A stretch of DNA of 64,000 bases from Minisyncoccota bacterium (GCA_041651055.1 JBAZJW010000001.1:627521-691520); one strand, 5' to 3'; positions 19,899 to 28,700 are shown, counted from the stretch's first letter. Notes: generated by a model from the sequence alone, not told the origin. A program made the numbers and translations.

Positions 19899-20174
19899 AT
19901 GCATCTAAAAAAAGGCGACAAAGTAATAGTGATTGCAGGAAAGGAGAAAGGAAAGTCTTCTGTAGTGACACAGGTTCTTCGTGAAGAAAACCGTGTTGTT
20001 TTGGAAGGTCTTAATATGATGAAGAAGCATATGAAGGCACCGAAGGCAGGGGAGAAAGGCGGTATCGTGAGTATTGCAATGCCGATTCATGCATCAAACG
20101 TAAAGCTTGCTGACAAAGACGCAAAGAAAGAAAAGCCAGCCGCAAAGGCAAAGAAAGCTGTTACAAAGAAGTAG
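19899..20174 (+). CDS. rplX: 50S ribosomal protein L24 with KA-rich C-terminal tail
   Basis: KKGDKVIVIAGKEKGK KOW motif; operon position. Confidence 0.9.
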   Translation: MHLKKGDKVIVIAGKEKGKSSVVTQVLREENRVVLEGLNMMKKHMKAPKAGEKGGIVSIAMPIHASNVKLADKDAKKEKPAAKAKKAVTKK

Positions 20175-20211
20175 TTAGGGGTTTGCAGTTAGGAGTTGGG
20201 AGTTGAAATAC

Positions 20212-20250
20212 AAAAGCGCGGTCTCTCGATCGCGCTTTTGTTTGCCCTTT
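20212..20250 (+). terminator. terminator hairpin; first copy of a ~40-nt direct repeat that flanks the inserted gene 20321-20974
   Basis: AAAAGCGCGgtctctcgatCGCGCTTTTGTTTGCCCTTT; compare 20978-21018. Confidence 0.6.
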
Positions 20251-20320
20251 ATGCTTGCAAAACAAGCTTCAGGTAGGTAGGATGTGATGGGTTCTTTATC
20301 ACACTGTCCTAGGAGGGCAT

Positions 20321-20974
20321 ATGAGCATTCTGAATGGCTTCACACCGCAGACAAGAATTGGTCGTGTTTATCAACCAGGATTTCAATTCGACAATCACCC
20401 TTTCTTCGTCAGGACTTTGGAGGAAAAGGATGGAAATCCTCAGTCACCCACTGTGAATTTTTTCAACGGGGAAGGTTGGGAGGAAATTTTTCGTGGCAGT
20501 CTTCCTGCGAAGGTTGTAACGCTTCTGCTTGAGTGTTCGGTCACAGAGCAAAAGCGTTATGAAAGCTACAAGAATAATCCGACAGGAGAATACCGGCCGT
20601 ACAGAGGGCATGGTCCGGCCATGCGGGCCATCTCCCTCCTTTTTATTGCTTTAGCATGCCTTCTTCTTGGGTTGATCGTCACAGCAGTTCTTCTTGGCTT
20701 CGGGCCATACAAATCAATCCTTGTTGGAGTGTTAACGCTTGCGCTTTTACTGTGGCTCCCCAGTGTTTACTTCCGTGTCACCTCAAAAATCCTCAACAAA
20801 AAATTTGCACAAATTTTCGTTGACTATATGAAGTGTGACAAGTCCTTAAGGGGTAAACAGGGGGAAGTTGTCGCCGTTTTGCGCAAGGTGGAACTTTTGT
20901 GTAAAAATCAAAAGAGAGCAAATCTTGCGACTGTTGTGGATGTGGAAAAAGAAATCCTTCGCCTTCTGAGGTGA
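20321..20974 (+). CDS. hypothetical membrane protein (two predicted TM helices); inserted between rplX and rplE
   Basis: 217-aa ORF. Hydrophobic stretches AISLLFIALACLLLGLIVTAVLLGF and ILVGVLTLALLLWLP. GC content visibly above the flanking r-protein genes. No similarity recognised. Confidence 0.55.
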   Translation: MSILNGFTPQTRIGRVYQPGFQFDNHPFFVRTLEEKDGNPQSPTVNFFNGEGWEEIFRGSLPAKVVTLLLECSVTEQKRYESYKNNPTGEYRPYRGHGPAMRAISLLFIALACLLLGLIVTAVLLGFGPYKSILVGVLTLALLLWLPSVYFRVTSKILNKKFAQIFVDYMKCDKSLRGKQGEVVAVLRKVELLCKNQKRANLATVVDVEKEILRLLR

Positions 20975-20977
20975 AGA

Positions 20978-21018
20978 AAGTGCGCGGTCGAGAGACCGCG
21001 CTTTTGTTTGCCCTTTGT
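20978..21018 (+). terminator. terminator hairpin; second copy of the flanking direct repeat
   Basis: GTGCGCGGTCgagaGACCGCGCTTTTGTTTGCCCTTTG. Confidence 0.6.
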
Positions 21019-21075
21019 TGCAGAAAAGAGTAGGATTATTGTGTCGTTCCGTTAGTTTTTTGTTTATTTCCCGAA

Positions 21076-21687
21076 ATGGGAGAAAGGTTGGTTGCAGTCA
21101 TGACTTTTATCCTACCGCCACAAAGCGACAGTGATTATCCAGTACGAATGCTCGGCGCCATTCAGTCGGCCTGCGACGCCATGTCAGACGGCAAGCAGAT
21201 TCTTTTCGAGAAGGATCTCTCTGACTACTTCACTGCGCAAGAGCTTTTCCACATGCTTTGGGATATGCAAAATAGGACTGAAGCTCCTCGCGGCGATGAT
21301 TGTCTGGCTCCTCCAGATCCTCTGTACCATAGGGCCCCTGTTCGGAAGGTTGTTGGGAAGGTTCTTCAAGGAGAATGTCCGCCTTCCTGTGAGAATGATG
21401 AGCAGCGCGCCGAATGGTTCATGGGTATTCTGAACTCCTGCGTTCTCTATGAAAAGTTTTGGACCCGGACAACCGCTTATGTCACAAGCATGAAGGAAAT
21501 CGACCTGGGTGTTGATATCGGGGGATACAGCCAACCGGTCACCGTTCTGTTCGACTCCGAGAAGACAGGCCAAAACGCTCGCCCCATCGCGGAGCGGGTG
21601 GTCAAAAAGCTTTTGGACGCGGTGACTGCTCACGTGGAGCAGTATTTGAGAGATGTGTACACCTACCCACAAAGTCCTGCGCCCTGA
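21076..21687 (+). CDS. hypothetical protein (higher GC; start may be the ATG at 21103)
   Basis: 203-aa ORF with CTG/GCG/CGG-rich codon usage unlike the neighbouring genes; no recognisable domain. Confidence 0.5.
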   Translation: MGERLVAVMTFILPPQSDSDYPVRMLGAIQSACDAMSDGKQILFEKDLSDYFTAQELFHMLWDMQNRTEAPRGDDCLAPPDPLYHRAPVRKVVGKVLQGECPPSCENDEQRAEWFMGILNSCVLYEKFWTRTTAYVTSMKEIDLGVDIGGYSQPVTVLFDSEKTGQNARPIAERVVKKLLDAVTAHVEQYLRDVYTYPQSPAP

Positions 21688-21861
21688 TTTCGGGCAGGCA
21701 TCAACAAGGCGACGTCTCACAGACGGCCGCCTTTTCATTTTGTCTTTTTTATGGTAGATTATGAGTCTATCAACTAACGCGGGAATATCCGCAAGCTAAG
21801 CAGCGTATAACGTTCCGACAGGTATATCCTCAAGAACCAATCGTACTTACAAACAAAGTAT

Positions 21862-22422
21862 ATGGCTAAAACAACAGCAATAAAAAGTATTAAAGAAGTA
21901 GAGAAGGAAGCATTCGAAACCCTTGCAAAGGAATTTGGATACAAGAACAAAATGGCTGCACCTCATCTTGTGAAGGTTACTATTTCTGTTGCGACAGGAT
22001 CAGCAATGAAGCGTGACAAGAAGTTCAATGATCTCGTTATGGATCGTCTTATGAAAATCACAGGACAGAAAGCGACTGTACGTAAAGCAAAGATGTCTGT
22101 GGCGTCATTTAAGACACGTGAAGGGGATCCAATCGGTGTCGCAGTAACACTTCGTGGTGCTCGTATGTTCGGATTCTTGGACAAGGTATTAAATGTATCA
22201 CTTCCACGTACAAAGGACTTCCGTGGTCTCAACCGTACATCGGTGGACGCTATTGGAAACATGACATTCGGTATCAAGGAACACACTATTTTCCCAGAAA
22301 TTCACGATGAAGAATTGAAGGATGTGTTCGGTATGGCTATTACAATGGGGACGACAGCTAAGACAAAAGAAGAGGCGACTAAGTTTTTCGAATTGATCGG
22401 CATCCCTTTCAAGAAACAATAA
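21862..22422 (+). CDS. rplE: 50S ribosomal protein L5
   Basis: ...GFKNKMAAPHLVKVTISV...DFRGL...GIKEHTIFPEI. Confidence 0.95.
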   Translation: MAKTTAIKSIKEVEKEAFETLAKEFGYKNKMAAPHLVKVTISVATGSAMKRDKKFNDLVMDRLMKITGQKATVRKAKMSVASFKTREGDPIGVAVTLRGARMFGFLDKVLNVSLPRTKDFRGLNRTSVDAIGNMTFGIKEHTIFPEIHDEELKDVFGMAITMGTTAKTKEEATKFFELIGIPFKKQ

Positions 22423-22423
22423 T

Positions 22424-22500
22424 TTACTTCATCTACTTCGTTGTAAAAGATTTTTTCTCCACGCAACGTACTATTCGTACGTCTTGGTCGAATTCTGACT
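22424..22500 (+). repeat. copy A of a ~90-nt hairpin repeat family (CTTCATCTACTTCGTTGT...CGTACTATTCGTACG...)
   Basis: Shares an exact 17-mer TTACTTCATCTACTT(C/T)GT and the core CGTACTAT-TGTACG with copy D inside the 23S gene; homologous to copies at 28588, 33602 and 59003. Confidence 0.7.
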
Positions 22501-22533
22501 TTTTAACAAGAAGTTCTAATAATCAGAATGAAC

Positions 22534-22570
22534 AAAAAGCATCACACGGTAGTGTGATGCTTTTTGTTTT
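22534..22570 (+). terminator. rho-independent terminator
   Basis: AAAAAGCATCACAC-GGTA-GTGTGATGCTTTTTGTTTT. Confidence 0.75.
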
Positions 22571-22634
22571 ACCCCTCCCATACTCTGGTTTAGGAGCTCT
22601 TGACAATCCATTCAAAATACTGTAGGGTTGGGGC

Positions 22635-24032
22635 ATGAAAACAGTAATTATCAAAGGCTTTGTAGCATTGGGGGTTTTGGGGATTATGGCTCAAACAGCA
22701 ACATCATCGTTTGCTGCGTATTTCAACACGGATTCAATTCCTCGTTGCGATGTTCAAATTATCAATACATTACAAGTTGGTTCTGAAAGTAAAGAGGTAT
22801 ACGTTCTTCAGTCGCTTCTTTCACGAGCAGGATACCTTTATGCAACACCAAATGGTTATTTTGGTTTTGCGACAAAGTCTGCCGTTAAAAGTTTCCAGCG
22901 AGACAACGGTGTATATGCCACCGGTTCTGTTGGTCCAATGACCTTAAATGCAATAAACGAGCGTCTTTGTGATGCTGATGTACGAGGAGACATGCTTTCA
23001 TACACTGGTTATGGATATTCTTCATACAACGGCTATTCATCAGGCGTTACGTACGTTGATGCTTTCGATCCATACGTTCGCGTCGTCTCTCCGACTCCTG
23101 CAGTCGCTACCGTATTCGGTAATCCTCCTACAACCACAACGCCTGGAACATTTACTCCTTCAGGAACGGTTCCGGTTTCTATTCCTGCACTCACAACAGG
23201 GACATATTCAAACACCACAAATTACTCAACAATTCCTGCTACCACAAATACACAGATTGCTAGTACGAATGTCATTTACAATCCTTCAGCTGGATACACC
23301 TACGGTATCGTTCCACAGTCTGGTGTATTGACTATTCTTACACCACTTGCAAACAGTGTTTACAATGAAGGTGACACTGTGACACTCTCATGGACAACAA
23401 GTAATCTTACGGTTACACAGTACCAGATTCTTCTTGAAAATAAATCAACAAATCAGTCAAAGGTTGTTGCTGTTACGTCGACAAAGAGCGCATCATTTGT
23501 TCTTACAAAAGAAGTTCTTGATGCCGTATGTTCTGGAGCGTGTGATAACAATAACGTCGGATCCTTCCGCATCGTTATTGCGACACCTATTGTTGATATA
23601 GCGGGAACTGTATCTACATTCCGTGCTGCTATTTCACCGATTACGATTAACCGTCCATATACGACATTTGCCAATGTAGGAATCACAGGAAGTAAAAACC
23701 CTGTTAATTCCGGAGAAGCTTTTAGACTCTATGTAAGTGTGCCAACACCTGTGTACAATTACACACCAAGTTACAATCAGTATTCATTCAAGATTCGTGC
23801 TGTATGCATCAACAATGTTCAGGTGAGTATTGCAGGTGTGCCATGTGGTCAGGATTTTACAATGCCTGTCACATCAGCATATTTCCAGCAAGAAATTCCT
23901 GTTATGATGACGAACACAACATGGTATCGTCAGAATATTTCCTTCGAAATTAATGCCTTCACTTCTACAGGGCAACTCGTAGGTACTGCAAGTACAACAG
24001 TAAGTGTTAACCCTGCACCATTTGCTTGGTAA
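22635..24032 (+). CDS. secreted protein with N-terminal PG-binding-like domain; inserted between rplE and rpsN
   Basis: Signal peptide MKTVIIKGFVALGVLGIMAQTATSSFA; C.VQIINTLQVGSESKEVYVLQSLLSRAGYLYATPNGYFGFATKSAVKSFQRDNGV...C. Confidence 0.75.
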   Translation: MKTVIIKGFVALGVLGIMAQTATSSFAAYFNTDSIPRCDVQIINTLQVGSESKEVYVLQSLLSRAGYLYATPNGYFGFATKSAVKSFQRDNGVYATGSVGPMTLNAINERLCDADVRGDMLSYTGYGYSSYNGYSSGVTYVDAFDPYVRVVSPTPAVATVFGNPPTTTTPGTFTPSGTVPVSIPALTTGTYSNTTNYSTIPATTNTQIASTNVIYNPSAGYTYGIVPQSGVLTILTPLANSVYNEGDTVTLSWTTSNLTVTQYQILLENKSTNQSKVVAVTSTKSASFVLTKEVLDAVCSGACDNNNVGSFRIVIATPIVDIAGTVSTFRAAISPITINRPYTTFANVGITGSKNPVNSGEAFRLYVSVPTPVYNYTPSYNQYSFKIRAVCINNVQVSIAGVPCGQDFTMPVTSAYFQQEIPVMMTNTTWYRQNISFEINAFTSTGQLVGTASTTVSVNPAPFAW

Positions 24033-24076
24033 GCGAATATAGACAAGAGGGGAGAGTGTAAAGGAGAGAGAAATAC

Positions 24077-24108
24077 AAAGAGCGGCCACTTCGTGTCCGC
24101 TCTTTGTA
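24077..24108 (+). terminator. rho-independent terminator
   Basis: AAAGAGCGGCCAC-TTCG-TGTCCGCTCTTTGTATTT. Confidence 0.7.
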
Positions 24109-24136
24109 TTTGTACCCGCTCTCTCCTCTTGACTCT

Positions 24137-24165
24137 TTGCTATAAACTGTATTTCATGGTAGTAT
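24137..24165 (+). promoter_or_regulatory. putative promoter TTGCTA-17-TAGTAT with TG extension (TGgTAGTAT) for the rpsN-rpsH-rplF-rplR-rpsE-rplO block
   Basis: Same extended -10 motif as the tuf and rRNA promoters. Confidence 0.4.
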
Positions 24166-24271
24166 TCTAGGGCTGTCCGTAATCCGTGTTTCTCCGTAAG
24201 TTTAGAGTGAAAGCTTTATATTTACGCACTCACGCGCGATATTCGGATAGTTTAATCAACAAACAAAGACA

Positions 24272-24457
24272 ATGGCAAAAACATCAACAATTGCACGTAG
24301 CAAGAAGACGCCAAAGTTCTCGTCACGAATAGTAAACCGATGCTTCAAATGTGGTCGAAAGCACGGATTCATGCGAGATTTCGGTCTATGCCGAACATGC
24401 TTCCGCGAGCTTGCGAACGAAGGTATGATTCCAGGTATTAAGAAATCGTCTTGGTAA
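24272..24457 (+). CDS. rpsN: 30S ribosomal protein S14, type Z (zinc-binding)
   Basis: 61 aa with CxxC...CxxC ([20 protein letters not shown]). Confidence 0.92.
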   Translation: MAKTSTIARSKKTPKFSSRIVNRCFKCGRKHGFMRDFGLCRTCFRELANEGMIPGIKKSSW

Positions 24458-24464
24458 TAAACAT

Positions 24465-24848
24465 ATGGATCAAATAGCAAACATGCTCATCGCGATCAAA
24501 AACGGTGGCCTCGTAAAAAAGGCGACCGTTATCCTTCCTTCTTCAAAATTGAAGGTCGCGATTCTCGAGCTACTCAAAAAAGAAGAATATATCAAAACCT
24601 TTCATGTAACAGAAGGCGTCAAGCCGACTGTAGAGATTGTTCTTGCGTATAAGAAAGATGAACCTCGTATCACAGGAGTGGCACGAGTTTCAAAGCAGTC
24701 AAAGCGTATGTATACAGGTGTAAAAAAGATTACACCGTTTAAGTATGGACACGGTATGACAGTACTTTCGACTCCGAAAGGAATCTTAAGTGACAAAGAA
24801 GCCCGCAAAGAAATGGTCGGCGGCGAACTATTATTCACAATCTGGTAA
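24465..24848 (+). CDS. rpsH: 30S ribosomal protein S8
   Basis: MDQIANMLIAIKNG...; operon position. Confidence 0.92.
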   Translation: MDQIANMLIAIKNGGLVKKATVILPSSKLKVAILELLKKEEYIKTFHVTEGVKPTVEIVLAYKKDEPRITGVARVSKQSKRMYTGVKKITPFKYGHGMTVLSTPKGILSDKEARKEMVGGELLFTIW

Positions 24849-24855
24849 AAAACGT

Positions 24856-25389
24856 ATGAGCAGAATAGGAAAACAACAATTAAGTATTCCAGCAGGTGTC
24901 GAAGTTACCTTTGATGCCCATGCTGTACGTGTGAAGGGGCCACAAGGAGAACTTGTGCGTGATCTTCGTGACGAAGTCGCTTTCAAAAATGAAAACGGCA
25001 TCATTACGTCAGAGCCTCGTCGTAATGACAAGTTTTCACGATCTCTCTGGGGAACATACATGTCTCATGTGAAAAACATGATCACAGGTGTCGTTACTCC
25101 GTTTAGTAAAAAACTTCTTGTAGAAGGAGTGGGACTCAAGTGGGAAGTGAAAGGTCAAGACCTTGTGCTTAACCTTGGATTCTCTCACCAAATCATCAAG
25201 AAGATCCCAAGTAATGTAACGGTTGTTGCTGAAAAGAGCGCCCTTACTATTACAAGTATTGATAAAGAGGCAGTCGGACTCTTTGCGAATCAAATTCGTT
25301 CACTCAAGAAACCTGAACCATATAAGGGTAAGGGTATTCGTTATAGTGATGAAGTTGTTCGTCGAAAGCAGGGTAAGAAATCAGCATAA
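24856..25389 (+). CDS. rplF: 50S ribosomal protein L6
   Basis: MSRIGKQQLSIPAGVEV...; start chosen at the ATG at 24856, after the rpsH stop. Confidence 0.9.
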   Translation: MSRIGKQQLSIPAGVEVTFDAHAVRVKGPQGELVRDLRDEVAFKNENGIITSEPRRNDKFSRSLWGTYMSHVKNMITGVVTPFSKKLLVEGVGLKWEVKGQDLVLNLGFSHQIIKKIPSNVTVVAEKSALTITSIDKEAVGLFANQIRSLKKPEPYKGKGIRYSDEVVRRKQGKKSA

Positions 25390-25405
25390 TCTGTAAGATA
25401 CTTAT

Positions 25406-25756
25406 ATGAAAACAAACATCAAAACAGAAAAGCGAGTACGTCTTCACAAGAAGATTCGTTCTCGCGTGTCAGGGACAGCGGAACGTCCACGACTTGCTAT
25501 CTTTCGTTCAAACCGCTACATGTATGCGCAGCTTATTGACGATGTTCGTGGGATAACACTCGCGTCAGCATCTGATATTTCTTTGTCTGACAAAATGACA
25601 AAGGTGCAGCGTGCGAATACTGTCGGCAAGAAACTTGCTGAAGAAGCAAAGAAAAAAACTATTACTGCGGTCGTCTTTGATCGTGGCGGGTTCTCGTACC
25701 GTGGTCGAGTAGAGGCATTAGCAGATGGCGCACGCGAAGGTGGCCTTATGTTCTAA
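25406..25756 (+). CDS. rplR: 50S ribosomal protein L18
   Basis: [20 protein letters not shown]... Confidence 0.9.
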   Translation: MKTNIKTEKRVRLHKKIRSRVSGTAERPRLAIFRSNRYMYAQLIDDVRGITLASASDISLSDKMTKVQRANTVGKKLAEEAKKKTITAVVFDRGGFSYRGRVEALADGAREGGLMF

Positions 25757-25769
25757 GCCAAATAACTAT

Positions 25770-26495
25770 ATGTCAGAAGAAATAATCACAACAGAAGAAG
25801 TAGTCGTGGCACCAGAAACTATAACAGAACCAGTCGTTACTCCTACATCTACCGAAACCGTAGCGACAGGAAACGTTGCTGTGGCACAAGACCGTGAGTC
25901 ACGACCAGTTCGTGGTGCTCGCGGTGGACAGTCACAAGGGCGCGGTGGTAAACCGGGAGGACGACCAGGAGCTAGACCTCGTGCTCCACGTGAGAAGCCA
26001 GAATTTGATAGTAAAACTATCAGTATTCGTCGCGTAACTCGTGTGGTTTCAGGTGGACGTCGTTTTACACTTTCAGTAGCGCTCGTTGCTGGAGATCATA
26101 ATGGACGTATTGGACTTGGAACAGGAAAGGCACTCGATACGCAAGTCGCTATCGAAAAGGCACTCAAGGCTGCAAAGAAGAACATGTTCACAATCAAGCT
26201 TTCAAAGACTAAATCACTTCCTCATGATATTGATGCGAAGTTCAAGTCTTCACAGGTGATGATTATGCCGAACAAAGGACGTGGACTCATCGCCGGATCA
26301 TCAGCTCGTACCATTTTGGCACTTGCGGGATTAAACGATGTAACTGCAAAGTTCTATTCAGGTACAAAGAACAAGCTTAACAATGCTCGTGCGACGATGG
26401 CTGCTCTACAGCAAATCGCGTACGCTCACGGTGAGGCTCCTGTTGCTGCTACAAAAATAGGGGGAGAGGAACCAGTGGTAACTCCAGTAAATTAA
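25770..26495 (+). CDS. rpsE: 30S ribosomal protein S5 with Thr/Glu/Val- and RGG-rich N-terminal extension
   Basis: RVTRVVSGGRRFTLSVALVAGDHNGRIGLGTGKA... S5 core; start at ATG 25770. Confidence 0.9.
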   Translation: MSEEIITTEEVVVAPETITEPVVTPTSTETVATGNVAVAQDRESRPVRGARGGQSQGRGGKPGGRPGARPRAPREKPEFDSKTISIRRVTRVVSGGRRFTLSVALVAGDHNGRIGLGTGKALDTQVAIEKALKAAKKNMFTIKLSKTKSLPHDIDAKFKSSQVMIMPNKGRGLIAGSSARTILALAGLNDVTAKFYSGTKNKLNNARATMAALQQIAYAHGEAPVAATKIGGEEPVVTPVN

Positions 26496-26505
26496 TTAAA
26501 CGACT

Positions 26506-27069
26506 ATGCAAATACATGAAATAAAACGCGTACACGCGAATAAGAAATCAAAGCTCGTCGGTCGTGGAGGAACACGTGGTAAGACTTCAGGTCACGGAGG
26601 AAAGGGACAGACTGCTCGTGCGGGACACCGTGTCCGCCCAGCTATGCGTGACATCATCAAGAAGCTTCCAAAGTTGCGTGGACATGGAAAGAACCGATCA
26701 GTTTCAGTATTCTACCGTGGCCCAGAAGCAGTGGTGAACGTCGGTGTGCTTAATGTCTTCAAAACAGGAGATGTGGTAACACCTACAGCACTTATTGCAA
26801 AAGGACTCATCGGTGAATCTTTTGGAAAGAATCCAAAGGTAAAGATTCTCGGAAATGGTGAACTTACTGTCGCTCTTTCATTCGAACGATGTGATGTTTC
26901 AAAGACAGCACAAGAGAAAATTGAAAAGGTGGGAGGAAAAGTAACTGTTGAAGTTAAACCAAAACCACAGTCAGATGAACAGTTGAAGAAAATTGCTGCC
27001 AAGAAAGCTGAAAAGCTTGCGAAGAAGGCAAGTAAGAAGGGAGGGAAGACTGCTCCTAAGAAGAAATAG
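26506..27069 (+). CDS. rplO: 50S ribosomal protein L15 with KA-rich C-terminal tail; follows rpsE directly (no L30)
   Basis: GRGGTRGKTSGHGGKGQTARAG pattern. Confidence 0.9.
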   Translation: MQIHEIKRVHANKKSKLVGRGGTRGKTSGHGGKGQTARAGHRVRPAMRDIIKKLPKLRGHGKNRSVSVFYRGPEAVVNVGVLNVFKTGDVVTPTALIAKGLIGESFGKNPKVKILGNGELTVALSFERCDVSKTAQEKIEKVGGKVTVEVKPKPQSDEQLKKIAAKKAEKLAKKASKKGGKTAPKKK

Positions 27070-27213
27070 TCAAAAAGTAATATTTTAGCGAATCACTTAG
27101 TTGTTACAGGATTTTTCTCAGTCGCTGCACTAAAATGTACGTCTTCTTCCAAAAATTCTTAGACTCCTTGTGTTTCATCTAAAATCTTCCTTTTTGCAAT
27201 ATAGAAATACAAC

Positions 27214-27250
27214 AAAAGAGCGGCCACGAAGTGGCCGCTCTTTTGTGTTT
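27214..27250 (+). terminator. rho-independent terminator between rplO and secY
   Basis: AAAAGAGCGGCCAC-GAA-GTGGCCGCTCTTTTGTGTTTT. Confidence 0.75.
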
Positions 27251-27269
27251 TGTGACAAGTCTTTATCTG

Positions 27270-27298
27270 TCGACCGGAGGCTGTTCCCGTGCTATAAT
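27270..27298 (+). promoter_or_regulatory. putative promoter TCGACC-17-TATAAT with TG extension (TGcTATAAT); the secY ATG lies ~10 nt downstream, so the transcript would be leaderless or nearly so
   Basis: TGCTATAATGG at 27290-27300; ATG at 27308. Confidence 0.45.
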
Positions 27299-27307
27299 GG
27301 TTCAATT

Positions 27308-28576
27308 ATGAAAACAATCAAGGCTATTTTCTCTGACCGTTCACTCCGAAACCGAATCTTTTTCGTTATCGGTATTCTTATTATTACTCGCATTCTTGCA
27401 GCTATTCCAATCCCAGGTATTGATGCATCGAACCTTGCTTCTTACCTTCAAAATCAAAACAGTAGTTTCCTTGGAATGCTAAACGTACTTTCAGGTGGAG
27501 GTATCGCTACACTTTCTATCGTGATGCTCGGTGTCGGTCCATACATTACCGCATCGATTATTATGCAGCTTATGACGGTGCTTTCTCCTCGCCTTAAGGA
27601 GATGTATCAAGAAGAAGGGGATGCGGGACGTCGTCGTTTCGTACAATACGGAAGACTTATCTCACTTCCTTTCGCAGTGCTTCAGGGGTTTGCTTTGATT
27701 ACGCTTCTTGTTCGTCAAAATGTCATTCCTGCACTTTCTATAGAAAGTATGACAACAAATATTATTATTGTGACGGCTGGAACCATGCTCATGATGTGGC
27801 TCGGTGAACAGATTAATGAAAAAGGTATTGGAAATGGAGTATCTCTTATCATTTTCGCAGGTATCGTTGCAGCTCTTCCAAAGAGTGTTGGACAATTTTT
27901 CCTTGCATTTGATGTTTCTCAAATTCCAATGCTTGTTGGACTTCTCGTGCTATCACTCGTTGTGATTGCTGGTATTGTGTATGTAACAGAAGCAGAACGA
28001 CCAGTTCCTGTAACCTATGCTCGCCAGTCACGTGTCGGTGGAGCAGCAACGCTTACGTCTTCTACATATCTGCCACTTCGCCTCAACCAGGCTGGTGTGG
28101 TTCCTATTATTTTCGCGGTTTCAATTCTTTTATTCCCACAATTAATTGGTCAGCTTTTTGCGACATCGTCTCAAGCATCTCTTCAGGCTTTTGCACGAAC
28201 AATGAATGGTCTTCTTACGAATCAGTGGATTTATGGAGGTCTCTATTTCTTCCTCGTTGTATCGTTTACCTACTTCTATACAGCGGTGATGTTTGATCCA
28301 GATCAGACAGCTGAGAATCTTCAGAAGAACGGCGCGTTCATTCCAGGATTCCGCCCAGGCTCTGCTACTGCTGAATACATTGGATATGTGCTTGCTCGTG
28401 TGACACTCTTTGGTGCAGTGTTCCTTGGTCTTATTGCAGTGCTTCCAGTTATTATTCAAGGGTTAACAGGGCTTACTGCTATACAAGTTGGAGGTACATC
28501 ACTTTTGATTGCGGTGTCAGTGGTGCTTGATTTGATTAAGAAAATCGACGCTCAACTCTCTATGCGCGAGTACTAA
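27308..28576 (+). CDS. secY: preprotein translocase subunit SecY
   Basis: 10 TM helices; IIPIIFA-like motif (AGVVPIIFAVSILLFPQ) and other SecY signatures; start at MKTIKAIFSD. Confidence 0.93.
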   Translation: MKTIKAIFSDRSLRNRIFFVIGILIITRILAAIPIPGIDASNLASYLQNQNSSFLGMLNVLSGGGIATLSIVMLGVGPYITASIIMQLMTVLSPRLKEMYQEEGDAGRRRFVQYGRLISLPFAVLQGFALITLLVRQNVIPALSIESMTTNIIIVTAGTMLMMWLGEQINEKGIGNGVSLIIFAGIVAALPKSVGQFFLAFDVSQIPMLVGLLVLSLVVIAGIVYVTEAERPVPVTYARQSRVGGAATLTSSTYLPLRLNQAGVVPIIFAVSILLFPQLIGQLFATSSQASLQAFARTMNGLLTNQWIYGGLYFFLVVSFTYFYTAVMFDPDQTAENLQKNGAFIPGFRPGSATAEYIGYVLARVTLFGAVFLGLIAVLPVIIQGLTGLTAIQVGGTSLLIAVSVVLDLIKKIDAQLSMREY

Positions 28577-28587
28577 CTAAGCTATTT

Positions 28588-28672
28588 GCGAACTGCTTTG
28601 TTACGGAGCCTCGCGTGCTCGTCACCGTACTAGTAAGTACGACTCCTCGCACGCACTCCGTGCCTCGCATTT
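28588..28672 (+). repeat. copy E of the ~90-nt hairpin repeat family
   Basis: CTTTGTTACGGAGCCTCGCGTGC...CCGTACTAGTAAGTACGAC...GCACGCACTCCGT: outer stem complementary but with a sequence different from copies B-D; conserved inner CGTAC..GTACG hairpin. Confidence 0.6.
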
Positions 28673-28700
28673 CATCAAATATCTTAGTTTAGTAATATAG

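Noticed and set aside
22424-22500. Reading the ~90-nt hairpin elements as simple MITEs, because copy B has 13-bp inverted repeats
   Set aside because: Sequence conservation extends outside the inverted repeats on both sides. The inverted repeats differ in sequence between copies in a compensatory way, and no target-site duplications are visible. A structured RNA/DNA element is favoured, though mobility is not excluded.
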